DNA from: Octopus vulgaris
Lineage: Eukaryota
Direction of reading: 5' to 3'
DNA length: 64,000 nt
NCBI GenBank assembly: GCA_951406725.2
Contig: OX597817.1
Location: 111,848,001 to 111,912,000, forward strand
In this document: one piece after another, positions 13,301 to 28,300 of the stretch
How positions within the stretch are numbered: position 1 is the stretch's first letter
How the letters are laid out: the number at the start of each line of letters is the position of its first letter
Program-made: the position numbers and the translations under genes
Notes under the pieces: generated by a model
What the model was told of the DNA's origin: nothing
Database searches by the model: none
Seen by the model: only the letters and a program-made list of their open reading frames with translations

Positions 13301-16300
13301 TTTCACAAAATATCCTGACTAAACAATCATTAACTATTAGAATATGGCAAACAAAATAAGTATTCTCTAAAGGATTCGTTATGCATGAGTAAAAGCTGGA
13401 GCACATGCGATCAGAAAAAACTGTCAGTTATTCAAATCATCAACCAATGTGTGTAGAAAAGAAGACAGTGATGCTACCGACGTGGAATACAAAAGTCCAA
13501 AAGTGAGTGCTGAGTTAAAAAGGTTACGTGTACTGAGTGTGGAAAGTAATGGTGTCAGAGTAAGGCCAAGAAGGATGTGAGAAAAAGTGGTAAGGTTAGA
13601 TATCAGGATGCTGGGTGTTATGGAGGAAATGGCACAAGATTGTCAGTTTGGCAACATGAGACATGAAAAAAATCTATGATGATTAGTAGTAAGATTGTTT
13701 TTCTTGACACTAACAAAAGTAGATAATGTCTAATTTAAACGTAAAGTTAAAATAAGTAATTACCTGCCATTGTACATCATGAGTAGCTTGAGCAGAATTG
13801 TTCAATACAGACCATAAATAAGGCAAGATAAAATCTTTTAATATTGTAAAAGAATACATCTGGAAGAAAAAAACAATGAATAAATATATAATTATATACC
13901 AGTTAACAGTAGATGCGATAAATTATTGTCTTTCTTTATCTATTATCATTATTTATTGTTGATTTAAAAATCAAGTATTTTACAATGTCTATGGTGCAAC
14001 CTGATAGTACAAACTCAAAAACTTGAAAAACTATAAGTTCTAAATGTAAGTATTTAATTATTAATAAGCAATATGTCTGAAGAACTCTAACATTTGTTTT
14101 AGAATTCTACACCACACAGACTGTACATATGTATGCTTGTATATATATTTGGATTGCTAGACAAAGTGTCAAGGTAAATCTGAATGTTGCTGGCATCAAG
14201 TGCATATGAAATGGAAGCAACACACTTGCCCTGGCTGGTACTGAGAAGAAAAAGGCAGGAAATGCTTCTATGAGCAGCTGAAGAATGAAGAGACTGTTTG
14301 GGTAAAAGTTGAATTTCTCTAAGTGGACCAACAGAGGTTGACTACTGTATAATCAAAAGGGCCACTAAAGATAAAAAGGCAAAAGAAACAAAAAAACAAC
14401 TGGACTATCAGGGTTTGTCACCAAGGTTCTGAAAATATCTGGTTCCACAGATTACTTGCATAATTAATTAGGCACTGCAGTGTGAAGGGGGACATGTTTA
14501 GAGATGGGGAAAACATACATACAAACACGTGTGTGTGCACACACACACAGTTGTAATAATGAAGTCAAACCAAATAGATATTTTGAAATTATTTGATATA
14601 TATATATATATATATGTTTAAGGTTTGTGTAATATATAATAGGAAATACAGCCATTATGTAAGCATTCCTACACACACACATTCACACACAATATATATA
14701 CATATATAATTTACTCTTTTAATACTTTTATATGTATTCCCATATTACATATTCTGTACATAAATAATATAACTGAATTCTTTTAGAACACGTTTTCTAC
14801 AATAACATAAAAAATTGTTGAAATTTTAAAAATTAATGAGGATAATGGCAAAGTGAAAAACATTATAATCAACTGAAGAGGAAATAAAGATAAAAGTCTA
14901 GTTAAAAACTGCTTTCTTTACTAAATGTCTAAAAATTAGTTGTAGTGTAATGATAAATAAACTTGTCTCAAAGAAGGTTTTTATATGAGACTTAAGTATT
15001 CTAAGAAGTTACAAAATCAACATTTACTTGTAAAAGGAATTTAATTAATTTTCACAGAGTTATGAAAAATACTGGACATTTTTGTGAGATAAAAACAATA
15101 AACAACACTATTTTCATATCCTATCCTATTTTTTGAGTACAGCTTTAAATAATTCAAATTACCATAGTATCTCCAATGTCATGTCGATAGCACCTGAACT
15201 GTTCTTTTTGTTCTACAATGAATAGAATGTACACCAATAAATACCAAACATAAATGTAAATTCTAAAATATAAACAGTTTATTAAGAACTAATTTATAAT
15301 ATCTTCTATGAATTTAATATAAAACATCAAGACTAATGTTCTTTATACAAAATATACATTATATAAGTTAGTCTCTTACAATTCATTAATAATTTTTTTT
15401 AATAATATGAATGCTAAAGTTTAGTGAGTTTTTGTCATCAAACTTTCAAGATAAATTATCATAGAATTTCACTAATTTAAGATTCTGTCTCCTGCAAATT
15501 AATTCAAAGTTATTGCATAACACAGTGTAGCAATTTTCTGTTAGAAAAAAATTGCACATTTTTTTTTAATATTTAATGTGAACTGAGGATAAAAGGCTCT
15601 AGAAATTATATTTATTCACATACATTAAAACAGAGTTTTCTTTATTGCAGAGGTTTAATTTTTGAAGTAGAAAATAAAGTTTTAGAAAAAGAAAACTGAA
15701 ATCATTTAATTAAATTAACATTTTGAGTTAACTTAAACAGGCATTTTAAGAATTTATTTTCAATGAAATGTAAAGTGATATAATAAAAGAATTCCATTAT
15801 TTTACCTCAATAATTGTTTAAATAGCAATTGAATAAAAATATTGTTCAGATATGGAAACATCATATAGCATAAAAACAAAACAACAAAAATCATAAAAAT
15901 GCACATTAAACCAATAATGGTGCAGATACAAACACGTTTAAAAAAACAACAATAATTCTAGAGCTTTTATCAACCTCAGTACATTATTTCAAATCGAAAT
16001 ATTTCTCATTCAAACGTTTAAAATATCTACAATTAACTAAATATAGCAACATATATATATAAACATCAAAACTTTAGAAAGCTAAAGACTTATAATGTTT
16101 TATAAAATGTAATACCAATAACAAAAATCTGGAAGATCTGTTAAAATATACTAAGTTAGCACTTAGTATTGCATTAATTATTTTTAGCTAACAAAATAAC
16201 GAAATAAATGTCTAATTGATAAAAGGAACTAAATGAGATGCATATAAAAGCAGGTATCAAAACTCATTATTTTTCAGCCTCCTCAATCTTAAAGATAATA

Positions 16301-19300
16301 AACAGCTTACCTGTAGACCAAGAATTGTATTCCTGGTCAGGTGGATACTGCACTTTTGTTAGTAACACTTCAACCAATTTGCAATATATTTCTCGAAAAA
16401 TTGGCATCAACTGTGGATCAGCATCAGAACCAAGCTCAACTAGCTCATCCTAAAAAAAAAAAAGAATTACTGAACCCTTTTAGGTAGTTTATAGTTTATA
16501 AAAAATACTAAGAAACTTTTTGAATAATGAAAAGATGATCTATAAAAACAAAAAACAAAACCTCAGAAGAATTAAAGAAACAAAAGCATTTGATTTTTCT
16601 TCCATTATAGTTTTTTTAATAAGTATCACACATTTTACATTATTTGAATATTTTACATATTTCACACAAACTGATCATTAATCATAACTTCACAGCGCCC
16701 ATGACGTTCAGGAACAATTTTTCACACTCAGAATTGCTGAAGCATGGAATAAACTACCTACATTCTTTTTAGCTATTGAGACACTACATCCTTCGAAACT
16801 TCCATGTTTCCTGAAATTTGCCAACATTACACCTGATGCATCCCACGCCTATCTTTTTCTTTTAAAGACTTATTCACTGTTCACTTCCTGTTCACATTCT
16901 ATGTACTGTTCATGCAGTTTTAGTTACTTTTTCTAGTGAGTTATAGTAGACCTGAGAACTGTATACATTAAGTTCATTATTATATTATTATAATACAAGG
17001 ATAGAGTTTCTACAGACACTCAAACTGTAAGAAATAGCAGCCAAACCTCCCTCAAATCATCCCCTACTGTCTTAAGTAAAGGTAACACCAGTCAGTGAAA
17101 TCCCTGACACAGAAAAGACAGTATGGTCAAAGCTGGAATACTTTTGATCATATGACTATTTGATAAGAACAAACCTGGTGTTAAAAACAACTTGTGTATG
17201 CTGGAGGAAACATAGGTCATTAAATTATAGTACTAAAACTTTAAAAAATATAAAAACTTTGTGTGAAAGGGACTTGTGTTTTATTTGAATAAACTTAAAT
17301 ATTTTACAGAGAAAATTACCAGAATGTTTAAACTAAGAATTTCAATGAAAACAGATAAAGGAATAGATTTCAAATTTAATTTGCTGAAATTCAAGAGAGA
17401 AATACATGACAATCATACCTGGATAGCATACCAAAATGTGAAGGTCAGCTCACTACAAGTTTCATCAACAGGGTAATAGCCAGGCAAACCAGTGCAAGCC
17501 TAATAAAGAAAATATACACATGCAAAATATTAACAAACTTATGGAATATTAATGATTAGATGATGATGATGATGCTTCCACAGACACCAACCCCCTATCA
17601 TCATTTTACGTTGGCTTTCCATGCTGGCATGGATTGAACAGGTTATCATAATCTGAGTTTATTCTTATTTAGATCTACTACTATCACTGACTAATACTCA
17701 TACATGGAATTTTGGCTCACTTTCTATGGTTGAATGTTCTTCTTACCATCCACCACTTTACTGAGTGTATTGTGTGCATTTTCTCACTGACACCAGCACT
17801 AGAGAGGTCGATAAATCATCAGTGAAATACAACAAAAGGGACCTTATGACTCTGCACTTCCTCAGCTTGTTTGCCATCATTGAAAAGTGAAGTTAGATAT
17901 TGCTACATTTTGACATTCCTATTCACAATCATCACCATTTAACATCCACTTTTCTGTGCTTGTGTAAGTCAAACAGAATCTGTTGAGGCAGATTTTCTAT
18001 AGCCAGATGCCCTTCCTGCCAGCAACCCTCACCTGTTTCCAAGTAAAGTAATGTTTCCCATGGCCGGACATGTTTTCCACAGAAGACTAGAAATGAATAG
18101 TGTTGCCTGTATGATAGCAATACTCATATACAACCATCACATGATATCAAGACAAGAGTACACACACACATGTGCATATATACACATACATGATGAGCTT
18201 CTTTCAGTTTCCATCTACCAAATCCATTGACAAGGCTTTATTTGGCCTATAGTAAAGACACATGCCCAAGGTGCTACATAGTGGGACTGAACCTGAGATC
18301 ACATGTTTAAGAAGTAAGTTTTTCAACCAACCAGCCATGCCTGCACCTATTACTTGTATAAATATCTTTGTGTAATCTTGCATTAATGAACAACATCATA
18401 AATTCTTTGATACATTTTACATATAAGACAGAAAAATAAACCCATCTATCACCAATGTTGAAAAGTTAAAGATTTTGAAAACATACCATTACCATATACA
18501 TGAGATTCAAAGAATTTTGTTTCTGTATATCATCTCCATTTGGGAAAGAATTAATTAATAACTTGGAATGAGTTTCAGCAATGGACACCACAAGTCGACA
18601 GATTATGCTACAGACTTCCTAAAAGATAGAAAACCTACAAGTTACAAAATGGTAATTTCTAACAAAGGCAAAAGACTAAACATTTTTGGTGGGAGGGTAT
18701 TACTGACTTAGATCAATGGCCAGTACAACACTGGCACTTATTTTATCATGAAGGATGGAAAGGAAAACTGACTATATCAAGATTTGAACTTGGAATAGAA
18801 CCAAATACAACAAAGAACTTTTTCTAGCATTCTGCAAATTCTACCATTTGCCAATAAATTCAATTAACAATTCATAAATAATACATTTTTTCTTTTTACT
18901 TTTTCTTGTTTTTGTTATATTTTTGTATTTGTTTCAATTAGTTCTTAAAATAATGAAGAATTCAGTAAATTAACTTTGTTGTTGAAGTTTGGAAAATAAA
19001 TGAACCTGAAATTTTGACAGAAGGTTTTCTTAACAGATTACTTTAAAACAGAAAGTTTGTATCATAGAAACAGGGATGATCTCAAACGTGTATCAAAAGG
19101 ATTAAAATAAAAATCCAATACTAAATGAATATAAATGCAAATTATTATTCATCATCATTGTTTAATGTCTGTTTTCCATGCTGGCATGGGTTGGGCAGTT
19201 TGACTGGGGTCTGGAAAGCCAGGAAGCTGCACCAGGCACCAGTCTGATCTGGCAATGTTTCTACAGCTGGATGCCCTTCCTAATGCCAATCAATCGGCCA

Positions 19301-22300
19301 TGTTCGGATGGTGCTTTTTACATGCCACCAGCACAGGGGCATCCAGTCTTGAATTCCTCTGTTATTGCCTGGAGGACTATGATGAGTAAGAGGGAGATGA
19401 GGACTGATCCTTGATGGACCCCTTCCCCTACCCGGAATTCTTCACTGTACTTGTTGCCAACCCTCAACTTACTGACAGCATCCCTGTACATGGCTTGTAC
19501 AGTGCTCACTAACCACTCATCTATCCCTATTTTCTGTACTGTCCATCAGATAAGGGATCAGGGGACCCTGTCAAAAGCTTTCTCCATGTCAACGAAAGCC
19601 AGGTACAGAGGTTTATCTTTGGCTAGGTATTTCTCCTGCAGCTGTCTTACCAGAAATATAGCATCAGTGGTGCTTTTCCCTGGCACAAACCCAAACTGCA
19701 TCTCATCTAGACTGATTCTCTCACTAATTAGTTGGGCTATGACCCTCTCTGTCATTTTCATTGCCTGATCCAACAACTTGATATCTCTGTAATTATTCAT
19801 ATCTAATGCATCACCTTTACCTTTGTAGCAGTTGACTACGGTGCCGCTACACCAGTCATTGGGTATGACTCCTTCATGTAACACCTGATTGACTATACAG
19901 GTGACTAGGCTATAGCCGACACTGCCAGATATTTTAAACATCTCTACAGTGAATCCTGATGGGCCAGGGGCTTTCCCTGTCTTCATACCCTTAACTGCTT
20001 TATATACTAAGGTACTGTCAATTCAGATAGCTGGTCCCTCTGTTGGATCAACATTCAGCAGACTCTCTTTCTCCCACTCATTCTCTTCATTTAGCAACCT
20101 TTCACAATGGCGCTCTTCATTCTTTTCTTCTTTCAATACTTAGATCTCCTAGGTTCAGTTTCCAACAAATTTACCACCATTTATAGAAAATCTCAAACAA
20201 TAACTTACAATATTTTTTTCATCAATGGCTCTCTTTAGAACAGGCTGTAGCTGTATAACATGGGGCAATAATTTCTGTACAGTGTAAGGAAATCTGAAAT
20301 AGAGATATATATAAACATATATATATATATATATATATATACAGAAGACCATTCAATACTTCAATTACTATCAAGCACTATTAACCCAAGCGTACTACAC
20401 ATACGCGCACACACACACACTACCTGCACACACATCTGTATGTACAACTAACATTTACACACAAATTGTTTTACAGGTAATGCAACCTTCAAACATGTTT
20501 ATATTAAAAAACCTGACAGATTTATAGCATACATAATATCAAGAGCGGCTGTGTGGTAAGTAGCTTGTTTACCAACCACATGGTTCTGGTTTCAGTCCCA
20601 CTGCATGGTATCTTGGGCAAGTGTCTTCTACTATAACCATGGGCCAACCAAAGCCTGTGAGTGGATTTGATAGATGGAAACTGAAAGAGGCCCATCATAT
20701 ATATATATGTTTGTATGCCTGTATTTGTCCTCCCACCATCGCTTGATAACTGATGTTGGTGTGTTTACATCTCTGTAATGTAGCAGTTCGGCAAAAGAGA
20801 CTGATAGAATAAGTAATAGGCTTATGACTAATAAGTTCTGGGGTCACTTTGTTTGACTAAAGGCGGTGCGCCAGCATAGCTGCAGTCAAATGACTGAAAC
20901 AAGTAAAAGAATCATCATCATCATATGTCTGCTTCTCTGTGCAGATACGAGTGGGATGTGACATCCTGAGACTATCCTATGGATAGTCGCACCTTCTGAT
21001 GCCAACCCTCACTTGTTTTCAATTAAGGTATTTTATTCTGTCATCACACATCAAATCACTGAGCTGCAGTAGTTTTTGTTCATGGGAGATAGAAATGTCA
21101 TCATAGCCCAAGCATGATTCAATATGAAGACATGAAGGGGCAAATACACACACACGTCTCTTGGAACAAACAGGAAAAATAGAACTCAATAGGATAAGTG
21201 TATACATATCGTTATTTAGCTGTAATGAAACAGAAATGACTCAAGGGTTGAGATGTTGCATTTAACATCTTTTGGAAAGTGCAATACACAAAACTTTGCC
21301 ATCAATCAAATTTCACTCACATTTTGGTCAACCTAAGGCTAAAATAGAAGACATTTGCTCAAAGTATAATACAGTGGGATCAAAACTACATGGTTGCAAA
21401 GCAAACTTCTTATACTGCACAACCATGACTGTACCTATATAATTATGTCCTGTAAAGTATTGTTACGTACACAGTGCACTGTTATATACATATTAATTAC
21501 TTGTAGGGACACTGCGTATTTTGTTATGCAACCATAATATACTATGAAGTACATTAAATGCTTTATAAGTCAATACTGTATCCTAAGTCAGTACAGCTGT
21601 GAAATTATTGAAGCCCTTAATAACTACTTGGTTTAAATTGATTTTTTTCTTCTATTAGCTAATCAACTTCAAAGAAAACTTACCTGTGGGAATCTGGATG
21701 TGCTAAAATGGCACACAAAACATCAGCAGCTGTTTCAAACAGGTCGCTATTCTGCATCATCTTAAATAGATGTACAATGAGCTCCTCTCCTTCATGAAGT
21801 GGAATTCCAAATTCTGCCCAGCTATTAATACATTTCAGAGTTTCCAGTTTCATATTAGTTGGAGAAGAAGCCATTAAATTTTCAAGTAATGTAATTACTG
21901 TAGAGAGGAAACAATGTTATATTCTAAATAAAAAGAAATTCAGTTCATAAAATGTAATTCATTAGATTGTCTTATGTCCATTTTTCCATCCTAGTATGAG
22001 TTAGGTGAATATATATTACTGAGGTATTGTTTTACAGTTGGATATCCTTTATATTGCTAACTGTTACTTGTTTTTCAAGTCAAAGAGTTTTCGTTCAACT
22101 TTGTATAGTTTCTGTCTACCAAATTTACTCACAAGGCATTAATTGACTTGCAGCTATAATAGAAGACACTTGCCCAAGGCACCGACAACTATTTCAACTC
22201 TATATCTTTACTGTTCTCTTTTCTTTTTTATAAACTATTTTTCTTTAAGTTTCATTCAAAAAGGAAAAAAATGAATATATTTCATCATAAATATGAAATA

Positions 22301-25300
22301 AAGAAAATCTTCACTTGTTACATAATTTTTTCTGTATCAGCATTATCCTTTATTGGAATACATTTTTTTTTTCATAGCTGATACTGCTAACAACATAATT
22401 ATTAAATAAGAGTAGGTCTTCACTTGAGGTAATTCAAACAAATCTAACTCTTTGTATTGTAATAAAATTTGAACTTATGACCATGTTTTCAGCCATGTAG
22501 CAGAAAAAAATAGTGTCCCCCTTTAAGAATTCCTAAATGGACTTGGTATCTATAGTTCTAAACTACTTTGTCATTTATAATGATGATAAAAGAACATAAA
22601 CATTTAACGAAGTCATTACATTGTGTGCGCACTATGTTTGCACAAATACTGTTGTTATGAAAATGAAAGTTTCAAAGGTGAAAAGAAAAAACTTCTGTAA
22701 CTGCATTCATTCATGTATAGCGTGCATTTTCTCCTATCATTGATTTAAATCCTGGGTCATGTGAATGTGTAATACAACCTCTCTAGTCTCATCTCAAGCC
22801 TAAATAGTCTCTTCTATTTTCTAGGATCTACCTCTAGTAGAGAGAACCTTCCACTGTCAAGTCATTTCACTGTTTCACCTGATGTGTGCCGTCCATTCTT
22901 ATTACATGCAGATACCTAGTTTCATGTATGCAAATATCTGTCAAAGCCCAGTTAGTGCTTTAATTCAATCATATTCAATATTTCTCATAGTTCAAGGCGA
23001 TGAACAGGCAGAATCATTAGCATGCCAGGCAAAATGCTTAGCAGCATTTCATCTATCTTTATATTCTGAGTTCAAATTCCACCAAGGTCGACTCAAGGTC
23101 TTTCATCATTTCAGGGTTAATAAAGTAAGTACTATTTGAGAACTAGGGTCAATTTAATTGACCAACCCACTCCCTTAGAAGTAGCTGGCCTTGTCCCAAA
23201 ATTTGAAACCAATATTTCTCATAGCTTAATAATCCACATCAAATGGAACACACTCAATTCACTCCTGCTTTAGGTTGATAAACTTTCATATAAATTTAAA
23301 ATCTTACCATCCTTAAGTTCATTGCTGAGATAGTTTTTTACAACTCCTTTTCTGTATTGCGGGAGATAAACACTAAAAAACTAATAGAACATAATAGAAT
23401 TTGTGTTAAGAAAGAAAATAGAAAAATAAACATAAAATGAAGATGACACAAACATTCAAATTTTGTATTCTCTGCGAATTAGATATATCTGATAAATGAG
23501 TAATTTGAATTATATGTTATTTGTAACAAGTATATTGTCAGAAGTCACATCTTTGATCAGTTTCCATTAAAAACTGTCATTAAAAGTGCTTTTTGTTCAT
23601 CAGCCCATAACATTTTAAAAATTTAACCCGAGTACAGGTAATTAAAATATTTTAATCATAATCAATATTATCATCAAATTACAAATATGTAAATTGATGG
23701 TGGTGAAATGCAAGCAAGAAGAGTTCCATAGTGATGTAGTTATAAAGGAAAAAAAGATTGGAGAAATGTGTATAATGTAAAAGTAAGGAAATATTCAATT
23801 TTTAGTTACATTTAGATTCTGAGTTTTAGTACTTTGTTATTGTATTTTAATATATAATGCTTCCTTAATATGCAACTAAAATTAATCTTCATGTTGTTTC
23901 TATGAAAAAACTCGTTTCATAAGGCATAATATGTGGAACAGATGATACAGGTTTATATAAATTTGGTATAAAAATTGTTGCAAGTTTGAGATAACAGGTT
24001 CTGTTACAGTAATGGTTAGATGAAAAATATAAACCTTTCATTTTGTATCCCCCCACCACTTTTTTTTTTTTACTTAAAGACACTTTAAATTTTGAAGTAT
24101 GAAGTTATATGCCAATTGCAATGTAACTTTATTTCCCTTGTAGATCTACCACAACCTGGTTTACCGAGAGGTCTTTGTCGCGTGAGCTCAAGAGTGCTGG
24201 TGCCACATAAAAAGTACCTGTACAAGTGCTACATATAAGGCACCACTTAAAAAGCACCCAGAACACTGTATAATGGCTAGTGCTAGGAAGGGCATCCAGC
24301 CATAGAAATCATGCCAAAACAGACAATTGGAGCTTGGTGCAGCTCTATGGGAAGCCAGCTCTTGTCAAGCTGTCCAACATGGAAAACAGATGTATGATGA
24401 TGATGACAATGATGATGTAACTCATACATTATTATATTATAAGTTTTATTTATATTTCATATTAAATAAAACTATTTCCTTGTTCACTATGTCCTTTTTA
24501 TATGCTCTATTCAGAGGTTAAGGCAGAGCCTCCAGGACAGCCAGGCAGAAGGAGGAAGAAACTATGGGTTATACTCAGACTAGAGACCTAGTCCGGATGC
24601 TTGCAAATGAGTGGACTCTACAAAAGGAATCAAAGGGTCAACTAGTGGTATTAAACAGGTCAACAGATTATGTTTACTATTTAAGAACAGAATGGGCTTC
24701 TATGCAGTTTCATCTATCTAGTTTCAGTCACAAAGCTTGATGTAACCCGAGGATATAGATGAAAATGCATATTCAGAATATGGTGCAATAGGATCAAACC
24801 AAGCATCACTTGATTGTGAAGTAAAACTTCTTGACTACACAACCATGACTGCAGGTGTGTTTTGCAAAAAAAAAAAAAAAGAAAAGAAAATAAAAGAAAA
24901 AGAAAAAAAGAGAAAAAAAACTGTACTGGTTGTTTGGTTGGATTTATCAATTATTATGTTCTGTTTATGAATTAAAAATATACAAGGACAACTTCAATCA
25001 CTTCTTTCTTGTAGACTAACCAAAAGATATAGCAGTTTTTCTGGGGACTTAGAATACTTAGGTGACTATTTACATCAATCTAGGATATTTTTTTTAAAAT
25101 CTAGATAAATGAAAAGAAATCTAAGAGATTTAGTTAATGAAAAGAACATAAAAATGTAAAAAACATACCTCTTCTGGAATAACAGTCAAAGTTTCAATTA
25201 AAGCTTCACATAAATTATATTCCTGTCAAACAAAGAACAAAGATGTTTTTAGTTCATTATCAGTTCATTATTTATGAGACTAACCACCAATAACAAACTT

Positions 25301-25314
25301 TGTGTATAAATACT

Positions 25315-25391
<77 letters not shown>

Positions 25392-28300
25392 ATGGGTAAA
25401 TTGTCGAGATTTTATATTTTTCATTTCACACATGCACGTTGTTTGTTTTTGATTTTGTTGACTACACAATATAGTAGGGACAGTTGGGCACTGTCTGTGA
25501 GAAAAACAGCGCCATGACACAAAACATTCTGCCAGAAATTTGGAAACGACATACTGTACTGTTTGGCATTCGCACTGGAAGTTCCAATACAAACGTCTTA
25601 GAGTGTTTGGGTATCAATCTGAGGACAGTGTAGACGATTTGGAAAGTGTTGGATGGCTCTAATGTTGATTACAAAGGTACAACAGCTCAGAAAACTCACT
25701 CTCATAATAAGAGAACTCCTGAATTTTTGCTGAGATCCAGGTCATGATTGACAACGATCCCTTCAAGTCAATCAGGTCCATCACCAGGGACATGGGAGAG
25801 TCTGAGTTTTTTATCAGGCAGGTAGTGCATGAAGACATTCGGTATTCCTCATACAAGAAGGGAAAGGGCCAATTTTCCCTGTTGTCATACCCTTAATTAT
25901 TTTATCTACCAAGGTACTGTCAATTCGGATAGCTGGTCCCTCTGTTGGGTCAGCATTCGGCAGACTCTCTTTCTCCCATTCATTTCTCTTTATTTAACAA
26001 CCTTTTATAGTGGCATCTCCAAACCTCTTTCTTTGCAGCCTAATTTAATGACACATCCATGTGGACACATTTCTCTCCTACGATATCATGATTCTCTCTA
26101 ACACACTGTCTTGCAATATGAAATACCTCAGGTCTTTGGTCCTCACGGTGCAGAACATTGGCAAATTTTCTCTTATCTGCTTCCCCTCTGGCTAAATAAA
26201 CCTGTCTCCTAGCTTCCCTTCTGGCAGTCTGATACAATTCCCTGTTACCACTGTTCTTCTAGTCCTTTCAAGCCTGTTTCTTTTCCCTAATGGCCCTGTC
26301 AACAACATTGTTCCACCACCACGTTACCTTGGGTCGAGAGGGGACTTTGCACCATCCACAGATCTGGTCAGTAGCCCTCAGCAGGTTGTTCCATAGAAAC
26401 CTCCAGTTGTCTTCCACATCATGTGATGCTATATCCCCCTCTATTAGATCGGTAGGTGACTAGGTGGCTGGCAGGTTTCCTGAAGTTAGTATTGCAAACC
26501 ATAAGATCATTTGCATCGCAGGATTCCAGCAGCCTGGTTGCCTCCTCATTGCGGGAACCAAAACCATAGCCTCCATGTATGCCATGGAAGCCCTCTGCAT
26601 GTTGCCCAATATGTCCATTGAAGTCACCAGTCACAAAGAGAAGGTCCTTGTCATTCGTCAATGAGGTAGTCTGCAAGAGGGTGTCATAAAATCAGTCTTT
26701 CTGTCCATCAGGTAGCCCCAGCTGAGGGGTATAGGCCGAGATAATGGTTGCTAACCCATGATGTAGCACTAATTTAATCTTAAGTATTCTATTGCATACT
26801 CTGACTACTACATTATCAACCCATTTCTCTGCATGAAGTATATCCACGTCCCCGACCCCATCAGTGTTCCCTGCCCAGAAATCTTGTACCTGCGTTCTTT
26901 GCCTGTGAGGAACCTAGCAGAACCTCCTCTCCACCTTACTTCTTAGATGCAGCACAAATCTACAAGTCTCCGTTCAAGCAGGATGGGTGGGAGGGCGAGC
27001 GTACCGTGGAATAGCAAAATCAGAGAAGAGCATCTTCTGGATTTGTATTCTTTCGGCAGAGTTATTAAAATGAAGTAGGGGAATCCAAGTGCATGCACTA
27101 GTTTATATAGGGTGGGGTGGTGGAGGACAGGGAAGTGTTGGTGAAGCAAGTGGTTATCAAAATAGAGAGAGAGGGGGTCAGAGTTAGGCTGGTCAAAGAT
27201 AGAACAAAAGGGAGAAAAATATTCTTTTGGAATTTTGGGTAACATAATTTAATGACACAGCAAATGCTGATAATAGTGAAATAGAATTGAAAAATCTTAG
27301 AATTTTCAGTCAGCCAATCTGTGACAAAATTAGAGAAATGAGTGACAATGTGACAAACTTGAATAAATGAATAGGTGACGAATAGTAAATGCGTGTGAAG
27401 GAACTTAAGTTTGTTTTAAGACAACAACGAAGAAGATGAAACTATGTTTACATGGTAATGAAATAAATAGAATAATAAAAAGAACTAATAAGGGGCTTAT
27501 GATCTGCACAGAAATAGAGGTGTAGATGTAATACACACACATATATATAATAATAATATATAATAATATATAATTAAAAGATTTTAATCATAATTAATAT
27601 TATCATCAAATTACAAATAAGTAAATTGATGGTGGTGAAATGCAAGCAAGAAGAGTTACACTGTTTGAGTTGCATAATAGTGATTTTATCTCTAATTCAT
27701 ATTTTATATATATATATACACACATATGTTCTTATCAGTTTTAGCTCAAAGCTATGGCAATTCTGGGGCACCGCCGTTTTGTTCAATGTTATTATTGAGA
27801 GCCTCCTCTGACGTGTGGCATTTGGTGAATAAGAGTGTTTGACGTTACTACCCTCATTTGCACACCCTGCCCCAAGGTAGGTTCATCTGGGACTCTCAAC
27901 AGTAAGAGATCCTTTTTGATTTGAAAACACATCCACTTTGTGTAGGTCACTCAGGCTCTTTGGAAGCTGTGGGCCCCTAAAACCTAGGCTGTTGCAGTAA
28001 CTGGTCTTGAAGTGCAAAGGCATTGCTGAGAACTTAGACACCATGCAGTGGTGACCCACTGTGGCATTTGTGTAGCTTTCAATGCCAAAATTTGGCACAA
28101 TCCCTTCCAGCATCTTCCAGGTATATATTACTGCATATGCCTCCTGCCTTCGCTCCAGGGAGTAGAGTCTTAGCTGTTTCAGCCTTTCCCAGTAGCTGAG
28201 ACAATCTTCTATGTGAAGCTTTGCTGGATGGCTTCAAGGTCTACTGTTAATTTTACACTGTTGGGTGACCATAGCTGGGAGCAGTAGTCCAGGCAGCTGA

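Noticed and set aside
13411-13442. Box C/D snoRNA candidate in an IPO13 intron
   Set aside because: Boxes only ~30 nt apart and no terminal stem.
21898-21924. Alternative upstream acceptor (tttag at 21924) for IPO13 exon 8
   Set aside because: Adds 26 nt and shifts the frame; the ctacag acceptor at 21898 fits frame and homology.
19325-27000. Two RTE fragments (EN half and RT half) as one split element
   Set aside because: They overlap by ~140 bp with differences and four IPO13 exons lie between them; independent insertions are more likely.
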